Source: a phage. From it: 64,000 nt of DNA. The notes beneath the pieces are model-generated. The model was not told where the DNA came from and did not search any database. It was given only the letters and a program-made list of their open reading frames with translations. Location: assembly GCA_032430995.1 (NCBI GenBank), contig GCA_032430995.1_3952.1. One strand, 5' to 3'. Below are positions 9,299 to 18,177 of this stretch, in pieces. Each line of letters begins with the position of its first letter. Positions within the stretch are counted from its first letter, which is position 1. Both the position numbers and the translations under genes were made by a program.

Positions 9299-9589
9299 AT
9301 GGCTACTATCAAAAACGTTGTAATTCCTGTAAAAACTCGTGATGACGCTCGCATCATGGCGAAAAAGTTAGGCGGGAAAGTGGTTGACAACGGAAAACAA
9401 TCTGCTGTAAGATGGGGTGTGAAGGCTGATAAACAGTTGAAGTTAAAAAATTCACCAATAAATCTTTTTACATGTGTAAACACTATCGGAAAGACAAATG
9501 TATACACGAAAAAGGCATATATTAGACGCGTAGCCTTAACATCTCCAATTCGTACAATGAGAGGTTATGCAAAGCTGAAAATTAGCTGA
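9299..9589 (+). CDS. hypothetical protein (cassette gene)
   Basis: 96-aa ORF after conserved leader. Confidence 0.55.
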   Translation: MATIKNVVIPVKTRDDARIMAKKLGGKVVDNGKQSAVRWGVKADKQLKLKNSPINLFTCVNTIGKTNVYTKKAYIRRVALTSPIRTMRGYAKLKIS

Positions 9590-9677
9590 TAAAGTACTTT
9601 ACAAGGGGCTTAAAAGTTGGTATCTTAAGCCCCAGATAAAGAGCTTTACCACTCAATCCTAAACTGGAGATTCAAAA
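9590..9677 (+). promoter_or_regulatory. stem-loop + conserved leader cassette (type B)
   Basis: hairpin GGGGCTTAAAAGTTGGTATCTTAAGCCCC (9-bp stem) plus conserved leader. Confidence 0.5.
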
Positions 9678-9974
9678 ATGAAATTATCAAATAAAGTTCG
9701 TGAAAATCTAAGCAAATTACTCAACAAAATTGATTTCATTGAAACATCAAGAAATAGCCATGATGTTATGGAATGGTTACACGGCAAAATAAAAGGTCGT
9801 CGTGTAGTGATTTGCTTATGGAATAGTTGCAGGGAGTATAAAAAACCTGTATTGCAAGTCAATATCTATGATGATACTTTTAAAAGCCCTGTAAAGTCTA
9901 AAAGTGATTTATTAGAATCCTATGAGATAACTGTAAATGGCAAAGTATCAAGTAAAGAGGAAACACCATGTTAA
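9678..9974 (+). CDS. hypothetical protein (cassette gene)
   Basis: 98-aa ORF after conserved leader. Confidence 0.55.
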   Translation: MKLSNKVRENLSKLLNKIDFIETSRNSHDVMEWLHGKIKGRRVVICLWNSCREYKKPVLQVNIYDDTFKSPVKSKSDLLESYEITVNGKVSSKEETPC

Positions 9975-10300
9975 TGACTGGTATCACTGCAATCATTGCC
10001 ATTTTCGCGCTATATAAGGCATATAAAGCCTATAATCTAGCAAATAAGGCAATCACACAGCAGGTTAGCAATAGCCTTGTAGAAAGCTTTCTAGGGCGTC
10101 TCAGTGATGAGCAAATAAAGCGGTTAGAAATGAGCTTCAGATTCAAAGCGAAAACCTATCAGATAAGTGACATCTTCAAGGATGATTTCCAGTTAGTCGA
10201 TGATTATAATTCTCTGATAAATGCTTTAAATATCAGTGACTTAAAAGACTACTACGCTGTAATTGTTCAAGAGTTGAGCAAACGAAAACAAAACTGTTGA
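9968..10300 (+). CDS. hypothetical protein with N-terminal hydrophobic segment
   Basis: 110-aa ORF overlapping upstream stop. Confidence 0.5.
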   Translation: MLMTGITAIIAIFALYKAYKAYNLANKAITQQVSNSLVESFLGRLSDEQIKRLEMSFRFKAKTYQISDIFKDDFQLVDDYNSLINALNISDLKDYYAVIVQELSKRKQNC

Positions 10301-10389
10301 CACTGATTTTTAGATAGATTAAATTACACATCAACGGGGAGGGAACAACCTTCCCACTAAATAAAGTCCTTAAACTAGGAGATTCTAAA
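10297..10389 (+). promoter_or_regulatory. early promoter + stem-loop + leader cassette (type A)
   Basis: TTGACA-17-TAAATT, hairpin GGGGAGGGAACAACCTTCCC, conserved leader. Confidence 0.6.
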
Positions 10390-10662
10390 ATGTATACTAC
10401 TAACAATGGCCTCACTTTGAACGTCACACTACGTCACTATGTAGATGGTGTCATGCACTTTGAAGATTTACAAGCTGAACAACATATCTTAGATTGGCAA
10501 GTCGCAGGACTCCAAAAAACTGCTACGGGATACGGTAAAAAGATTCCAACTAGTTGGAAAGTTCACTATGAAGGACGTTTGCGCAGAATTTATCAAGATG
10601 TGCAAAGCAATAGCGCATCGAGTTACATTATAGTAAAAGGTGAAAAACTGCATTTAGTATAA
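10390..10662 (+). CDS. hypothetical protein (cassette gene)
   Basis: 90-aa ORF after conserved leader. Confidence 0.55.
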   Translation: MYTTNNGLTLNVTLRHYVDGVMHFEDLQAEQHILDWQVAGLQKTATGYGKKIPTSWKVHYEGRLRRIYQDVQSNSASSYIIVKGEKLHLV

Positions 10663-10747
10663 AGTACTTTACATGGGGTTTAAAAGTTGGTATCTTAAGC
10701 CCCAGATAAAGAGCTTTACCCCTAAATCCTAAATTGGAGATTCAAAA
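10660..10747 (+). promoter_or_regulatory. stem-loop + conserved leader cassette (type B)
   Basis: near-identical copy of the 9590-9677 element. Confidence 0.5.
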
Positions 10748-11152
10748 ATGGCTATTAATAATCGTGAGTTATCAATCTTAAAAGCACGTTTAACCGTTAA
10801 TCGAATCAATGTTATCACGTCATCAGCACCAGACGAGACATTACACAACATTATCGGGAAGATTCAAGGTGTTATCTTAGACGTTGAGAATGTAAAAAAC
10901 TCATTAGCAGACGTTGCAGCAGGTGTTACACTAGACGGCGCACAATATGAAATGATTGACATGTTAGGCAAATCAAAGGTTATGAATAAAGAGTTAGACT
11001 TAAAAATGTTTCGATTTGCCGTGAAAGTATGGCTATCTGTCGAGTATGATGCTAATTTTGCAATTGCTGATTTCTTTGCCACTTGGTTGCAACGTAACTT
11101 AACAAATCATGATTTTCGTGATATCTGTGATGCAATTTACGCAGAACTTTAA
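10748..11152 (+). CDS. hypothetical protein (cassette gene)
   Basis: 134-aa ORF after conserved leader. Confidence 0.55.
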   Translation: MAINNRELSILKARLTVNRINVITSSAPDETLHNIIGKIQGVILDVENVKNSLADVAAGVTLDGAQYEMIDMLGKSKVMNKELDLKMFRFAVKVWLSVEYDANFAIADFFATWLQRNLTNHDFRDICDAIYAEL

Positions 11153-11160
11153 AAATTTTA

Positions 11161-11252
11161 TTGACACTGATTTTTAGATAGACTAAATTACACATCAACG
11201 GGGAGGGAACAACCTTCCCACTAAATAAAATCCTTAAACTAGGAGATTCAAA
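11161..11252 (+). promoter_or_regulatory. early promoter + stem-loop + leader cassette (type A)
   Basis: TTGACA-17-TAAATT, near-identical to the 10297 copy. Confidence 0.6.
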
Positions 11253-11795
11253 ATGAAATGCTTTCACGGTACTACTCAAGAAAACTTTATCAACCTGATT
11301 AATAACGGTGATAAACCATCAGGTGTATGGAATTGTTCGGATATGGACGGCAATTTTTACGTGTACCCAGAAAATAAACTCTATGGTGATGATGAGGAAG
11401 AGATAGCATCGGAAGGTATCCAGCAAGCTCTAGGAAATGCCACTATCACGGCAGCTTTTCAGATGAAAACTCAAAATATTGTTATCTTAGAACTTGACAT
11501 TCCAGAGGATGAGCTAAATGATGATTATTCTTGTGATAACATGTCAAATATAGCAAGCTTTACAGAGTACTTTGATGTAAATTGGATTAAAAAGGTCTAT
11601 ACAACAGAGTTCAACGCTATGTATTCACCTTTTTGTCTCCCTTCACTGGATAACCCAAATTTGAATTATCTTGATGAAACATTGGAGCTACTTGCTAAAA
11701 GTATCCAACAATCCGACAGTATTCAGGTTTTTTGTGACATCATGGATACACTGACAGAAAACATTGTAGAGAGTGATTTAAAGGTCTTTTTCTAA
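11253..11795 (+). CDS. highly acidic hypothetical protein
   Basis: 180 aa; by eye about 34 Asp+Glu versus about 8 Lys and no Arg. Confidence 0.55.
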   Translation: MKCFHGTTQENFINLINNGDKPSGVWNCSDMDGNFYVYPENKLYGDDEEEIASEGIQQALGNATITAAFQMKTQNIVILELDIPEDELNDDYSCDNMSNIASFTEYFDVNWIKKVYTTEFNAMYSPFCLPSLDNPNLNYLDETLELLAKSIQQSDSIQVFCDIMDTLTENIVESDLKVFF

Positions 11796-11861
11796 AAACC
11801 TATACATTCACCTTATAAACACTGATTAACCCCTTACAGGGGCTTTTAGAGGGCTTAAATC

Positions 11862-12095
11862 ATGCTTACAACCATTTATCTCATCCTTTCTATCTGTAAC
11901 GGTCATTCATGTGACTTTAAAGGGCTTGAAGAGTTTACAGGAAGTAAAGAAAATGCTATTCAGGTTTGCCAGATAGCAAGACAAGACTATCCCGCCAGTG
12001 ACGACATTCAATGCTACTTTAAGACAGAAGATGAAGACGGCATCTATTTTGACAGCGTTGACGGTCAATATGAAATTATCATTGAAAAAGACTAG
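11862..12095 (+). CDS. hypothetical small protein
   Basis: 77-aa ORF. Confidence 0.4.
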   Translation: MLTTIYLILSICNGHSCDFKGLEEFTGSKENAIQVCQIARQDYPASDDIQCYFKTEDEDGIYFDSVDGQYEIIIEKD

Positions 12096-12186
12096 ACAAG
12101 CCTGATAAAAGTCTGTAAATTACACATCAACGGGGAGGGAATGACCTTCCCCACTAAATAAAGTCCTTAAACTAGGAGATTCAAAA
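12093..12186 (+). promoter_or_regulatory. early promoter + stem-loop + leader cassette (type A)
   Basis: TAGACA-17-TAAATT, hairpin GGGGAGGGAATGACCTTCCCC, conserved leader. Confidence 0.55.
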
Positions 12187-12528
12187 ATGGCTTATGTAAC
12201 CGTAATTACCGATAAAGCTGGCTCATCTTGGTCAACTCAGGTTAGTGATAAGATGTCGCCTATGCAGTGCCTAAAATACTTTGAGCAGTGGAACAAAGGC
12301 GAGGATGTAAGCCCCTTTCAAGTGATGCAAATCATCCATACAGATAACGAAGGGAATAAAACGACCTTGAACAGTGAATACTACGCAAGCCGTTTTGAAA
12401 CGAGAAGTAAAACAATGAAGCTTTTACGTGAATCCGGCTATTCTCATATTGCCGCGCTAATCTGGGATGACCTGCTAAAAAGCCAGCGTATCAGCTATGT
12501 AAAACCTGAAAAAATATTCATCAGTTAA
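12187..12528 (+). CDS. hypothetical protein (cassette gene)
   Basis: 113-aa ORF after conserved leader. Confidence 0.55.
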   Translation: MAYVTVITDKAGSSWSTQVSDKMSPMQCLKYFEQWNKGEDVSPFQVMQIIHTDNEGNKTTLNSEYYASRFETRSKTMKLLRESGYSHIAALIWDDLLKSQRISYVKPEKIFIS

Positions 12529-12647
12529 TCAATAACTTACAAAAAACTTTTAAAAAAGTGTTGACAATACCCCTTGACATTGGTAACTTTGTTCGAGGGG
12601 GTTTATCTAAAAGGGATTCACTTAAAAGATTCTTTATAGATAAACTT

Positions 12648-12728
12648 AAAAAATTGCTTGCAATCATCTTCCAAAAACTTTATAGTTTATCTCAAGCAAT
12701 AATGCTTTCCTAAACTGGAGATTCAAAA
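12648..12728 (+). promoter_or_regulatory. sigma70-like promoter plus conserved leader
   Basis: TTGCAA-17-TATAGT then ...CCTAAACTGGAGATTCAAAAATG. Confidence 0.55.
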
Positions 12729-13259
12729 ATGAACAAGTTCAAAGCTATCAACTACATTCGCTCAAATAGTGTCATGTCTAAGCCTGTTAAGGATACCTAC
12801 GAATTTCGTTGCAATGGTGAACACTTTGCTACCATCACCAAATCAAACAACGGGGCTTATTATATCCATCGTCGTAATGTTTCTACGGTTGTAGTTTCTA
12901 ACTTTATGCAAGCTGTAGCGGAACTCCTCCCGCTCTTCTTAGAAAAGTATGCCGTACAGTGTGAAAGTGTTCGTGAATGCACTAAAACAGTGTTAAACGG
13001 TTATCGTATGGCTTACGAGCGCTCTTTAAAGAATCTCAATAAATACTACAAAGCACCGGAAGGCACTTCATCCACAGCCTACGGGGTAGGGGGCTTCAAT
13101 GTCAGCCTTTACGAAGTGGAAGAAATCGAGCTTTATGACCATCGCCCAAATGGTTACGCTAAGACACTGGGAGAGGGGTTAATGCTGAATATCAAGAACT
13201 TAGAAAAAACTTTAAGAGAAATTGAAAAAGATATTGACGAGACAATCAAAAATCTGTAA
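12729..13259 (+). CDS. hypothetical protein (cassette gene)
   Basis: 176-aa ORF after conserved leader. Confidence 0.55.
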   Translation: MNKFKAINYIRSNSVMSKPVKDTYEFRCNGEHFATITKSNNGAYYIHRRNVSTVVVSNFMQAVAELLPLFLEKYAVQCESVRECTKTVLNGYRMAYERSLKNLNKYYKAPEGTSSTAYGVGGFNVSLYEVEEIELYDHRPNGYAKTLGEGLMLNIKNLEKTLREIEKDIDETIKNL

Positions 13260-13327
13260 ATTGTCAATCAACGGGGGGGGGGGGTAACCTGCCCCACTAA
13301 ACAAAATCCTAAACTGGAGTTATCAAG
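13234..13327 (+). promoter_or_regulatory. early promoter + stem-loop (with G12 tract) + leader cassette
   Basis: TTGACG-17-TAAATT; hairpin position carries a 12-G run at 13273-13284. Confidence 0.5.
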
Positions 13328-13591
13328 ATGGAAAACGTAGAATTAACCACACTATTGCAGATTGCAACTGACAAAGAAGACGTAGCGTTGTTTCACCGTA
13401 TCGAAAGTGATTTGTTCAATGGTGAAATCATTAAAGAATCTTACGAAGTTGTCGGATTCAAAGATGGTAAAGCATTTGGCTTTTTTGACCTCGACAAAAG
13501 CAAAGCGGTTACAATGTACGATGTTCTATCTTGTGAAATTCTGACAAAATACAACGAAAAAAGGCTTGCAACCTACGCCAATATGCAGTAA
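13328..13591 (+). CDS. hypothetical protein (cassette gene)
   Basis: 87-aa ORF. Confidence 0.5.
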   Translation: MENVELTTLLQIATDKEDVALFHRIESDLFNGEIIKESYEVVGFKDGKAFGFFDLDKSKAVTMYDVLSCEILTKYNEKRLATYANMQ

Positions 13592-13658
13592 ATTACTAAT
13601 CAACGGGGAGGGAATGACCTTCCCACTAAACAAAGTCCTAAACTGGAGAATCTAAATT
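13566..13658 (+). promoter_or_regulatory. early promoter + stem-loop + leader cassette (type A)
   Basis: TTGCAA-17-TAAATT, hairpin GGGGAGGGAATGACCTTCCC, conserved leader. Confidence 0.55.
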
Positions 13659-13907
13659 ATGTCAACTATCCGCGTAACTGTTAATGCTTATGGCTGCCAT
13701 CAACTTGATGCAAAATTCGATATCGGTGGAACAGATAACACCTTTGACCTTATCAAAATGCTGATTCAGCAGGTGATACCAGATTATAACCCTACTGATG
13801 ACTTCTGGAAAGATGCCGTAAAAGAAGCCATAAACGAGGAATCTCACTACCATTATTGGGGTGACTTGATTATCTCTCTGTACTACAGCAAACAAGGTTA
13901 CAACTAA
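13659..13907 (+). CDS. hypothetical protein (cassette gene)
   Basis: 82-aa ORF. Confidence 0.5.
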   Translation: MSTIRVTVNAYGCHQLDAKFDIGGTDNTFDLIKMLIQQVIPDYNPTDDFWKDAVKEAINEESHYHYWGDLIISLYYSKQGYN

Positions 13908-13917
13908 TCGACGCAGC

Positions 13918-13970
13918 GGGGCTAAATAGCCCCAGATACCTGAAAAGCTCCTTCTCATAGGGGCTTTTTT
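13918..13970 (+). terminator. terminator region closing the plus-strand cassette block
   Basis: GGGGCTAAATAGCCCC hairpin, then GGGGC followed by T6. Confidence 0.5.
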
Positions 13971-13974
13971 ACGT

Positions 13975-15540
13975 CTATAAAGAGACTCTATACAGTCCCT
14001 TTCCTTTCCTTCCTAGAATCTATCCCACTAATTCGATAGAGACTATCTCATACCTTAAAAAGCAATAACTCTATAGTCTACTCTATAACCTCTTATCAAA
14101 TTAACTTAAATAAAAGCCCATAACCCGAAAGGGAAGGGCAACCACTAAAACGCTCTATAAAGCTCTATAACAACCTTATCAACCTAACTTAAGCAATCAT
14201 ATTAACCCACTCTAAAAAGCCCTTTATAGAGCTTCCTATAGCCTTAAAAGAATCTTATAAGGGTGTAGCCTTATAGGCTGGCTAGTATCTTGTGAATAAC
14301 TAAACAATCCCTTGATAGTCTCTAAAAAGTATGTTATAGGGGCTGTTAAGTTACTTTGAAGTTACGTGATAGATAGCTTAAAAGTTACGTAAATGCTAGC
14401 CCCCTTAACATTTTCTTAACAATTTCTTAACAATCCCTACATAGTTATGCTTTTAAGGCACTTGTTAGCAACTTGTTAGCCCCTTGTTAAATCTCTGTTA
14501 AGACCACGTAAAAGCCTTGTAAGAGTCTTTAGCATAGCCTTTAAAGCCTCTGTAAAGCCCTATAAAGAGGTGTCTGTATAGTTGGGGTGTAATTACTAGG
14601 AAGAGACTTAAAAGAGCTTACAAGGAGCTATAGAGAGCTTTTAAGAGGGCTATTTAGAGAATCACTAAGAGGGAAAGGGAACGATAAGAAAAGAGATAGT
14701 GACCATGTTAATAGCTTGTTAAAAAGATTAAACACTTGTTAGGAACTTGTTAATTATCCCTACAAAATAACTCTTTAAAATTAACTTGTTAGCTCTCGTT
14801 AGTTATCTGTTAAGATTCTATAAAGACTATTCAGCACTTGTTAGAAAACTGTTACAGCCTTGTTAGTTCTGTTAAGAATCTGTTAAGACTTTTGAAGGGT
14901 TGTTAAGAGCTTGAGAGAGTTGTTAAGAGATTGTTAAGGATATTTTAAAATTTTGCAAAGTACTTGTAAGGGAGCTGTTAAGGGCTACCAAGCAGATATA
15001 CATCTTCTACAGATATTTTTCAGTTCCTTCAAAGACCCTAAAAAATGACTTGATAGTCCTATTTTATAAAAATTTTAAAATTCTGAATAATTACCTAGAC
15101 AGTCTTTTAAAAATACAGGTAGAAACAGGCTTATAAGATACCTTGTTAGTACCGTGTTAGACCTTGTGAGATAAGGTCTGTAAAGATATTCCTGTTAAGT
15201 TTGTTAAAACAGTCTATATAGAGGCTTAGTATTTCCTAGTGAACACCTATAGAGGGTAACATAGCTAACCTAGAGATTAAGAGGTGTATAGGAGCTTCTA
15301 AGAGGGTGTAGAGAGATGGTTAAGGTGATTGTATAGGTTGTTAAGAAGGCTTGTTAGAAGAGTGTTTAGAGGGGCTATACAGAGGGGCTATTAAGACCAC
15401 TAGATAGATACTAAGATACTATATAGTACTATATAACTATATAGAGAGTAAGATTAAGAAGGTTGTTAAGAAGGGTAGATATTTTATTCACATATGATGG
15501 TGACCCAGCGGTTGGGACAACCGATAAATTTTATAAAAAT
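13975..15540. repeat. ORF-free region dense in degenerate short repeats
   Basis: no ORF of 60 aa or more in any frame; more than 20 copies of CTTGTTAG / TTGTTAAG / CTGTTAAG and CTATAAAG / CTATAG words; AT-rich tandem TACTATATA copies near 15410-15445. Confidence 0.7.
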
Positions 15541-15565
15541 TAAAAAGCCCCCGATTAAGGAGGCT
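15541..15565 (-). terminator. minus-strand terminator after ORF 15577..16200
   Basis: A5 then GCCCCC-GATTAA-GGAGGC hairpin on plus strand (hairpin plus T-run on minus). Confidence 0.5.
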
Positions 15566-15576
15566 CTTAAGATATT

Positions 15577-16200
15577 TTAAATCAGTGTTTCCAGAACTGT
15601 TTTCAATGATGACTTGGTTGTCTGATAAAAATGAGTAAATCCATTGTTATTATCGAATACCTGCATCATGATATCATCTCCCTTGATTGGGTACACTCGG
15701 ATATCATAGTGAAAACCATTAAAGACACAAGAACCACTACAGAATGCTCTAAAGTCATCTACTGAGATATACTCTTCATGACCTGTGATTTTTATACAAA
15801 CGCCTTTACTCGGTCTCTTAGGGTTGATATCTTCCATCACAGACATACTCTGTCCACCAAGAGATACCATAGTGACCACTTTACGGTTCTTCTGTTTAAA
15901 GTGCATCTTAACTTTCTGCAAAGTGTCTTCATAGAATGGATAAGACCTTTCTACAAAGATTCCTTCAAGTGGCTCTTTACCATTTTCAACTTCTCGGTTA
16001 TGCCGTACTGCAAAGATAATTTGTTCGAACCAGTCAAGATTTTCTTCGGAGAGTGCTTCCCGAACATCCTTCCAGTCAAGGACTAGATAGTTACCTTCAA
16101 CATCTTTTAAGTTATCTTTTTCCATATCTATCACACCATTATCGTAAAACTTGATATTCTGGTACTGCGAATTTATTACTATTGTTCTTGATGAGGTCAT
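15577..16200 (-). CDS. hypothetical protein
   Basis: 207-aa ORF, last gene of minus-strand block. Confidence 0.55.
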   Translation of the reverse strand: MTSSRTIVINSQYQNIKFYDNGVIDMEKDNLKDVEGNYLVLDWKDVREALSEENLDWFEQIIFAVRHNREVENGKEPLEGIFVERSYPFYEDTLQKVKMHFKQKNRKVVTMVSLGGQSMSVMEDINPKRPSKGVCIKITGHEEYISVDDFRAFCSGSCVFNGFHYDIRVYPIKGDDIMMQVFDNNNGFTHFYQTTKSSLKTVLETLI

Positions 16201-16603
16201 CCTCTGAAACTAAAAATGTAATACCACATAAGTGTCTGTAACGACTATCATACTCGAATATCTTAAACAGATATTTACCATCATGATAAACCTGTTGCAC
16301 TTCACCTTCTGCAACAATCTCGCCTGTAATAAAATTTTTTAGTTTATACACATTACCGACCTTAGGTACTGTTTTCATCTCAGGCTCTTTTAGTGCTACA
16401 CCTATTTTTACATCACCGAGTAAATGAGAACTCTCAAAAGCTACGTGTTCCATATAGGCTTCTGAGCATTCCCAAATAAAACAATGTACAAGAACCTTAG
16501 CAGCATGTCTTGAGCAGTTCAACTTATCACAAATTTCTGTGTACATCTCATCTTTAGTAGAATTGTCAAGCATTGCTCTTTGCACTACTTCTTTAATTTT
16601 CAT
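16139..16603 (-). CDS. hypothetical protein
   Basis: 154-aa ORF. Confidence 0.5.
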   Translation of the reverse strand: MKIKEVVQRAMLDNSTKDEMYTEICDKLNCSRHAAKVLVHCFIWECSEAYMEHVAFESSHLLGDVKIGVALKEPEMKTVPKVGNVYKLKNFITGEIVAEGEVQQVYHDGKYLFKIFEYDSRYRHLCGITFLVSEDDLIKNNSNKFAVPEYQVLR

Positions 16604-17021
16604 AAGCTCTCCGAATAACCCTATTAAGCATCTCTAAAGTCAGCTTTCCAGATTCTAAATGCGGCATAACAAGCTTTAAAGCTTTTTCAACATCATGCAC
16701 AACATCTGTTATACCTTCTTCATAGGCTTCTACAAGGATATCTTTTACGTTTTGTTGGTTATCTTTTTGTGGTATTGCTAGACGCATATTAAACTCATTT
16801 GCTTGAGGGTGGTCACTACCACGCCAGTAACCATCTTTGTTAAAGCTGATGTAGTCACCGTGGTAAAAGTGTACACCATTAGCTTTAAACTTCTCCAGCA
16901 CAAGGCATTGAATTGGGTATTCAGTATTCCACTCCCTGACTCCTATAACCTTCACTGTTGCGATGTACTCCTGTGTTTTTGCATCTATGATGTCAAGTTC
17001 TTGACCAGCTATGATTTGCAT
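16593..17021 (-). CDS. hypothetical protein
   Basis: 142-aa ORF. Confidence 0.5.
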   Translation of the reverse strand: MQIIAGQELDIIDAKTQEYIATVKVIGVREWNTEYPIQCLVLEKFKANGVHFYHGDYISFNKDGYWRGSDHPQANEFNMRLAIPQKDNQQNVKDILVEAYEEGITDVVHDVEKALKLVMPHLESGKLTLEMLNRVIRRAYEN

Positions 17022-17074
17022 ATTCGCTACCTTCTAAGTTCTACAAAGGGGCTATCAAGTAACCCCTCAAGCTA

Positions 17075-17299
17075 CTACTCAGACTTTTCAGTCTTCTTAT
17101 CGGATTTCTTACTAGTCTTCTTCTCAGCTTTCTGTTCAGGTTCCTTCTCAGAAGTTGCCTTGATAACCATATCAAGAAGCTCTGATAAGTCACTCTTCAG
17201 CAAAGTAACAGGTTGCTCATTGTAGAAGTTTTTGTCAAGATAGACTTTGAACTCTTCAATAGATGGAAATCCAAAAATTGGTACAGGTGTCTTAATCAT
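17075..17299 (-). CDS. hypothetical small Lys/Glu-rich protein
   Basis: 74-aa ORF. Confidence 0.4.
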   Translation of the reverse strand: MIKTPVPIFGFPSIEEFKVYLDKNFYNEQPVTLLKSDLSELLDMVIKATSEKEPEQKAEKKTSKKSDKKTEKSE

Positions 17300-17375
17300 T
17301 ACTTAGTTTCTCCATAAGCATCTTTCAAGATTGCCTTGTTAATCATTTCAGCGATTGCAAAACGAACACATACAG

Positions 17376-17879
17376 CTATAATTGTAGGTTGCATTCTTTA
17401 CTTACCTCTTCAAGTTTAACCTCAGAGTCCTTAAGTCGTTTCTTATGAACTCTGAATCTTATTAGTGAGATGATGATACCAGCTAAAGGAACAGCATACA
17501 AGTACCAGATATCATGTAGCTTTGCATTAATCTGTGTAATTGTCAAATCTTGAGCTATGTAGCTGATTGCTGATACTGCTAGTAATGTTGCTAAGAAAAA
17601 CACTAGTATCATTGCAATATTCATACAACCTCTTGCATGGTACTCATGCTTAATACACTTATTCTTTTCGTCAACAACCCTGTTGTAGTCGTTTGTAAAG
17701 TCTCTGTAGAAAGCTTTCAAGTATTCTTTATTGTAGCCTTCAAAGCAACCTGTACCGTACCAATAATCACCACCAAAATGTGCTATGATACCAGTATCTC
17801 CGTTTGGTTTGGTTACTCTTAGAGAGACATGATGACCAGTCTTCTGGTAATCTATCTTATATCTTTCTTCGTAAATCAT
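17376..17879 (-). CDS. hypothetical membrane protein
   Basis: 167 aa with two hydrophobic helices in the C-terminal half. Confidence 0.5.
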   Translation of the reverse strand: MIYEERYKIDYQKTGHHVSLRVTKPNGDTGIIAHFGGDYWYGTGCFEGYNKEYLKAFYRDFTNDYNRVVDEKNKCIKHEYHARGCMNIAMILVFFLATLLAVSAISYIAQDLTITQINAKLHDIWYLYAVPLAGIIISLIRFRVHKKRLKDSEVKLEEVSKECNLQL

Positions 17880-18094
17880 TTTTCAACCCCTCTCAATCTC
17901 TTGTTCCATTCAAGGTCAACAAATCTTTGCAGAACTTTTCCTCTAGGTGTTACACCTTTTAAATCTGCATCGTAACAATGGTAAAAGTCACCTTCAGCGT
18001 GTTTACCATAGCATTTTCTGATATTCTGGCTTCTGCGATACTGTTCTAACAAGGACAGTTTGTAGTAATCTTCAACTGTAGTTAGTTTTTTCAT
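17876..18094 (-). CDS. hypothetical small protein
   Basis: 72-aa ORF. Confidence 0.4.
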   Translation of the reverse strand: MKKLTTVEDYYKLSLLEQYRRSQNIRKCYGKHAEGDFYHCYDADLKGVTPRGKVLQRFVDLEWNKRLRGVEK

Positions 18095-18177
18095 TCTTTC
18101 ACCACGTATCTTCTCAAGAAACTAAAAAGGGAACTACCTCTCGATAGCTCCCATCATAGTTAATGTTGTATATTCGG

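Noticed and set aside
13975-15540. Possible CRISPR array in the repeat-rich ORF-free region
   Set aside because: Repeats are short (7-9 bp), degenerate and irregularly spaced with no uniform repeat/spacer periodicity; no cas genes in the window.
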